A DNA stretch of 61,815 bases, filler included. It is 6 parts of 6 records of this genome, joined end to end, with 100 filler letters (N's around TTAATTAATTAA, not from the genome) between each part and the next. Parts side by side here need not be neighbours in the genome. Positions count along the whole stretch, not along the records: positions 54,354 to 61,815 come from SRR20825006_2155; 5 more parts are not named here. The stretch is one strand, 5' to 3'. A model generated the notes under the pieces. The model worked only from the letters and a program-made list of their open reading frames with translations, did no database searches and was not told where the DNA came from. Below are positions 59,566-61,815 of this stretch, in pieces (position 1 is the stretch's first letter; each line of letters starts with the position of its first letter). Made by a program: the position numbers and the translations under genes.

Positions 59566-60249
59566 TCAGTTGGACGATTTAGTTGTGGTGTCTTCCGGCT
59601 TGGCCGCATCACCGGTTGCCGTGTCGGCTGTCGCATCTGCACCTGCTGCAGGTGCGGCATCCGTGGCAGTGCCAGCCGCGCTGTCGTCAGACATCGTGCT
59701 GCTGGACGAATCCGTCGCAGCGCCTGTGCTTTCGGTCGAATCCGCGGGCGCGATTGCCGCAGGGGCAGTCGTGTCAGCAGGCGCAGCCGTATCGTTGGCC
59801 GCCATCAGCGTGCTCAGCTGGGTTTCGTCCGGCAGGCTTTCGACATCGCTTTCGTCGAACTCAGGCAGCGCTTTCAGCGCTTCCTTTGTCGTGTCCATCT
59901 GAACATTTTGCGACTCTGCGTCCAGGCTCAGTTCGTCAAGCGGGACAGCGACGGTGTATTCGCCCAGGCCCAGGAAGCCGCCGATGCCAATCACCACGTT
60001 CGCGCTGCCTTCGCTGCCCAGAACATAGTCGACGTCACCGATGGAATCGCCGTTCGGGTCATGAACGCTTTTGCCCAGCAGATCGCCGACGGTCATCTCG
60101 TCAATCGACATGAATGTCGGTGCGATAGCTTGCTCGGTTGTGGTTGCCGCGTTCGGGTCTGCTTCGGGCGCGGTGCTCGTTTGAGCGAATGCGCCTGTTG
60201 CCATGACAGCGGATACCGCGGTGGTCATCATGATTGCCTTGAGTTTCAT
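59566..60249 (-). CDS. Secreted PRC-barrel protein with acidic low-complexity tail
   Basis: Signal peptide; LLGKSV..PNGDSIGDV, IGIGGFLGLGEYTVAVP; GGAGG SD. Confidence 0.9.
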   Translation of the reverse strand: MKLKAIMMTTAVSAVMATGAFAQTSTAPEADPNAATTTEQAIAPTFMSIDEMTVGDLLGKSVHDPNGDSIGDVDYVLGSEGSANVVIGIGGFLGLGEYTVAVPLDELSLDAESQNVQMDTTKEALKALPEFDESDVESLPDETQLSTLMAANDTAAPADTTAPAAIAPADSTESTGAATDSSSSTMSDDSAAGTATDAAPAAGADATADTATGDAAKPEDTTTKSSN

Positions 60250-60285
60250 TTTCAGTTCCTCCTTCAAGGTGGGTTATGCGAGGGC

Positions 60286-60311
60286 AACACTCGGACAGAC
60301 GCGGTTGTTCC
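60286..60311 (-). promoter_or_regulatory. Sigma-EcfG-like promoter
   Basis: GGAAC-N17-TGTT on the minus strand, about 36 nt before the PRC-barrel ATG. Confidence 0.6.
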
Positions 60312-60540
60312 CCGCCCCTTTGGAGCGCTCGGGAAAATGGGCGATCTCTTGCCACCTATGGGTGTAAATTGACGGATTCTTGCCGAAACCGTGCATTACT
60401 GAGGAAAAAAACAACGGATAAACATAGGTTTACCCGGAACCGCCAAGAGGATGCCCTGGCACCCCGTCCGCTGTGCGGGCCGGTTTTGCCACGCGATCAA
60501 TGGCAGATCGGCAGGTGCGGGCGCGAAACCGGCGCGGCCC

Positions 60541-61419
60541 TCACGCCCCTTCGTCGCAAATATCCATCAGGTATTGCCCGTAAGCATTCTTGGCAAAGGC
60601 CGCCGCCCGCGCGCGCAGCGCCTCGCGGGTGATCAGGCCCATGCGGTACGCCACCTCGTCCGGCGATCCCACCTGTTGCCCCTGCCGCATGGTCAGCGTG
60701 CGCACGAAATTGCTGGCGTCCAGCAGGCTGGCGTGGGTGCCGGTGTCCAGCCAGGCATAGCCGCGCCCCATGGTCTCGACCGTCAGGCTGCCCTCGGCCA
60801 GATACAGCGACAACAGGTCCGCAATCTCCAGCTCGCCACGCGCCGACGGCTGCACCTGCTTGGCCAGCTCCGGCGCGCGCCCGTCCAGAAAATACAGCCC
60901 CGTGACCGCGTAATTCGACGGCGGCACCTGCGGCTTTTCCACGATCTGCTGCACGCGCCCCTGCGCGTCAAAGCCCACCACGCCGTACCGCTCGGGATCG
61001 GACACCCGATAGCCGAACACCGTGCCGCCCTGCGCCTGCGCATCCGCTGCCTGCAACTGCTCGGGCAATCCGTGCCCGAAAAAGATGTTGTCGCCCAGCA
61101 CCAGCACCGACGGCGCACCGGCCAGAAAATCCTCGGCCAGCAGATAGGCCTGCGCCAGCCCGTCCGGCGACGGCTGCACGATATAGTCGAACGACAATCC
61201 CCATTGGCTGCCGTCCCCCAACAGCCGCTTGAACTGGTCCTGATCCTCGGGCGTGGTGATGATCGCGATCTCGGTCACGCCGGCCAGGATCAGCACGCTC
61301 AGCGGGTAATAGATCATCGGCTTGTCATAGACAGGGATTAGCTGTTTCGACAGACCCATGGTGATCGGATAGAGCCGCGTGCCCGACCCGCCTGCCAGAA
61401 TGATGCCCTTGCGTTTCAT
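60541..61419 (-). CDS. rfbA: Glucose-1-phosphate thymidylyltransferase
   Basis: GIILAGGSGTRLYP, SKQL.PVYDKP, GDNIFFG, SARGELEI, WLDTGT. Confidence 0.97.
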   Translation of the reverse strand: MKRKGIILAGGSGTRLYPITMGLSKQLIPVYDKPMIYYPLSVLILAGVTEIAIITTPEDQDQFKRLLGDGSQWGLSFDYIVQPSPDGLAQAYLLAEDFLAGAPSVLVLGDNIFFGHGLPEQLQAADAQAQGGTVFGYRVSDPERYGVVGFDAQGRVQQIVEKPQVPPSNYAVTGLYFLDGRAPELAKQVQPSARGELEIADLLSLYLAEGSLTVETMGRGYAWLDTGTHASLLDASNFVRTLTMRQGQQVGSPDEVAYRMGLITREALRARAAAFAKNAYGQYLMDICDEGA

Positions 61420-61815
61420 GTCGCTGCCTTTCCTGTGGATGTGCCCAGCCGAACGCCCACACCCTCGCGCGCCAGCAGCGGTTGCCACCAGTCCGCATTG
61501 TCCAGATACCACCGCACCGTCCGCGCGATCCCCTCTTGCAGCGTGACCGAAGGCCGCCAGCCCAGCTCGGTGCGGATGCGCGTGGGGTCGATGGCATAGC
61601 GGCGGTCGTGGCCGGGACGGTCGGTGACAAATGTGATCAGATCGGCATGCGGGGCCGCGTCAGGGCGCAGGCGGTCCAGTTCGGCACAGATCATGCGCAC
61701 CAGATCAATATTCGTCGCCTCGTTCTCGCCGCCGATGTTATAGGTCCGGCCCACCGCCCCCTGCCCCAGCACACACAGCAGCGCGTCGGCGTGATCCTCG
61801 ACATAGAGCCAGTCG
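61416..61815 (-). CDS. rfbB: dTDP-glucose 4,6-dehydratase, C-terminal part
   Basis: DWLYVEDHA, YNIGGENE, DRPGHDRRYAID; ATGA overlap with rfbA. Confidence 0.95.
   Translation of the reverse strand, partial: DWLYVEDHADALLCVLGQGAVGRTYNIGGENEATNIDLVRMICAELDRLRPDAAPHADLITFVTDRPGHDRRYAIDPTRIRTELGWRPSVTLQEGIARTVRWYLDNADWWQPLLAREGVGVRLGTSTGKAAT

Overview
The window is not one locus. It is six unrelated alphaproteobacterial contigs joined by five 100-nt spacers (44 N + TTAATTAATTAA + 44 N). Contig 1 (1-8835, Rhizobiales-like): prfB 3' end, MltB-type lytic transglycosylase, betaine-lipid genes btaAB with a Pho-box-like site, a LysE-like gene, pfp, a DjlA-like co-chaperone, DUF1176, an FAD oxidoreductase and the 5' end of RNase P RNA. 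Contig 2 (8936-16906, GC-rich, Rhodobacteraceae-like): a tightly coupled catabolic operon (peptide ABC ATPase, GGT-family hydrolase, M20 peptidase, D-serine dehydratase, amidase, RidA, D-amino acid dehydrogenase) facing an Lrp/AsnC regulator. Contig 3 (17007-34487, Rhodospirillales-like): BCCT transporter, GcvA-type LysR with a divergent 91-aa ORF, the HDAC-xseB-ispA-dxs-tlyA cluster plus DUF2806, an RND pump, two paralogous pentapeptide-repeat genes flanking an orphan ORF, and ltaE. Contig 4 (34588-42602): surface polysaccharide genes (hisF2, bi-domain oxidoreductase, heparinase II/III-like, GT4, wecB, wecC). Contig 5 (42703-54253, Rhizobiales-like): divK followed by a fully degenerate pleD, DUF3572, LexA-boxed dinB, an orphan amidase, wrbA, cinA, usp, gpt, an EcfG-promoter microprotein, rarA and degQ. 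Contig 6 (54354-61815, Rhodobacteraceae-like): GntR with a divergent UxaA-family dehydratase + LarA-like nickel-pincer isomerase + LarC operon, a candidate sRNA/orphan promoter, a PRC-barrel protein, and rmlA/rmlB. Best candidates for undescribed systems: the UxaA-LarAH-LarC operon, the gamma-glutamyl/D-amino-acid catabolic operon, the pseudo-enzyme PleD, and the twin pentapeptide-repeat locus. Taxonomic and family calls come from motif recognition only; no searches were run.
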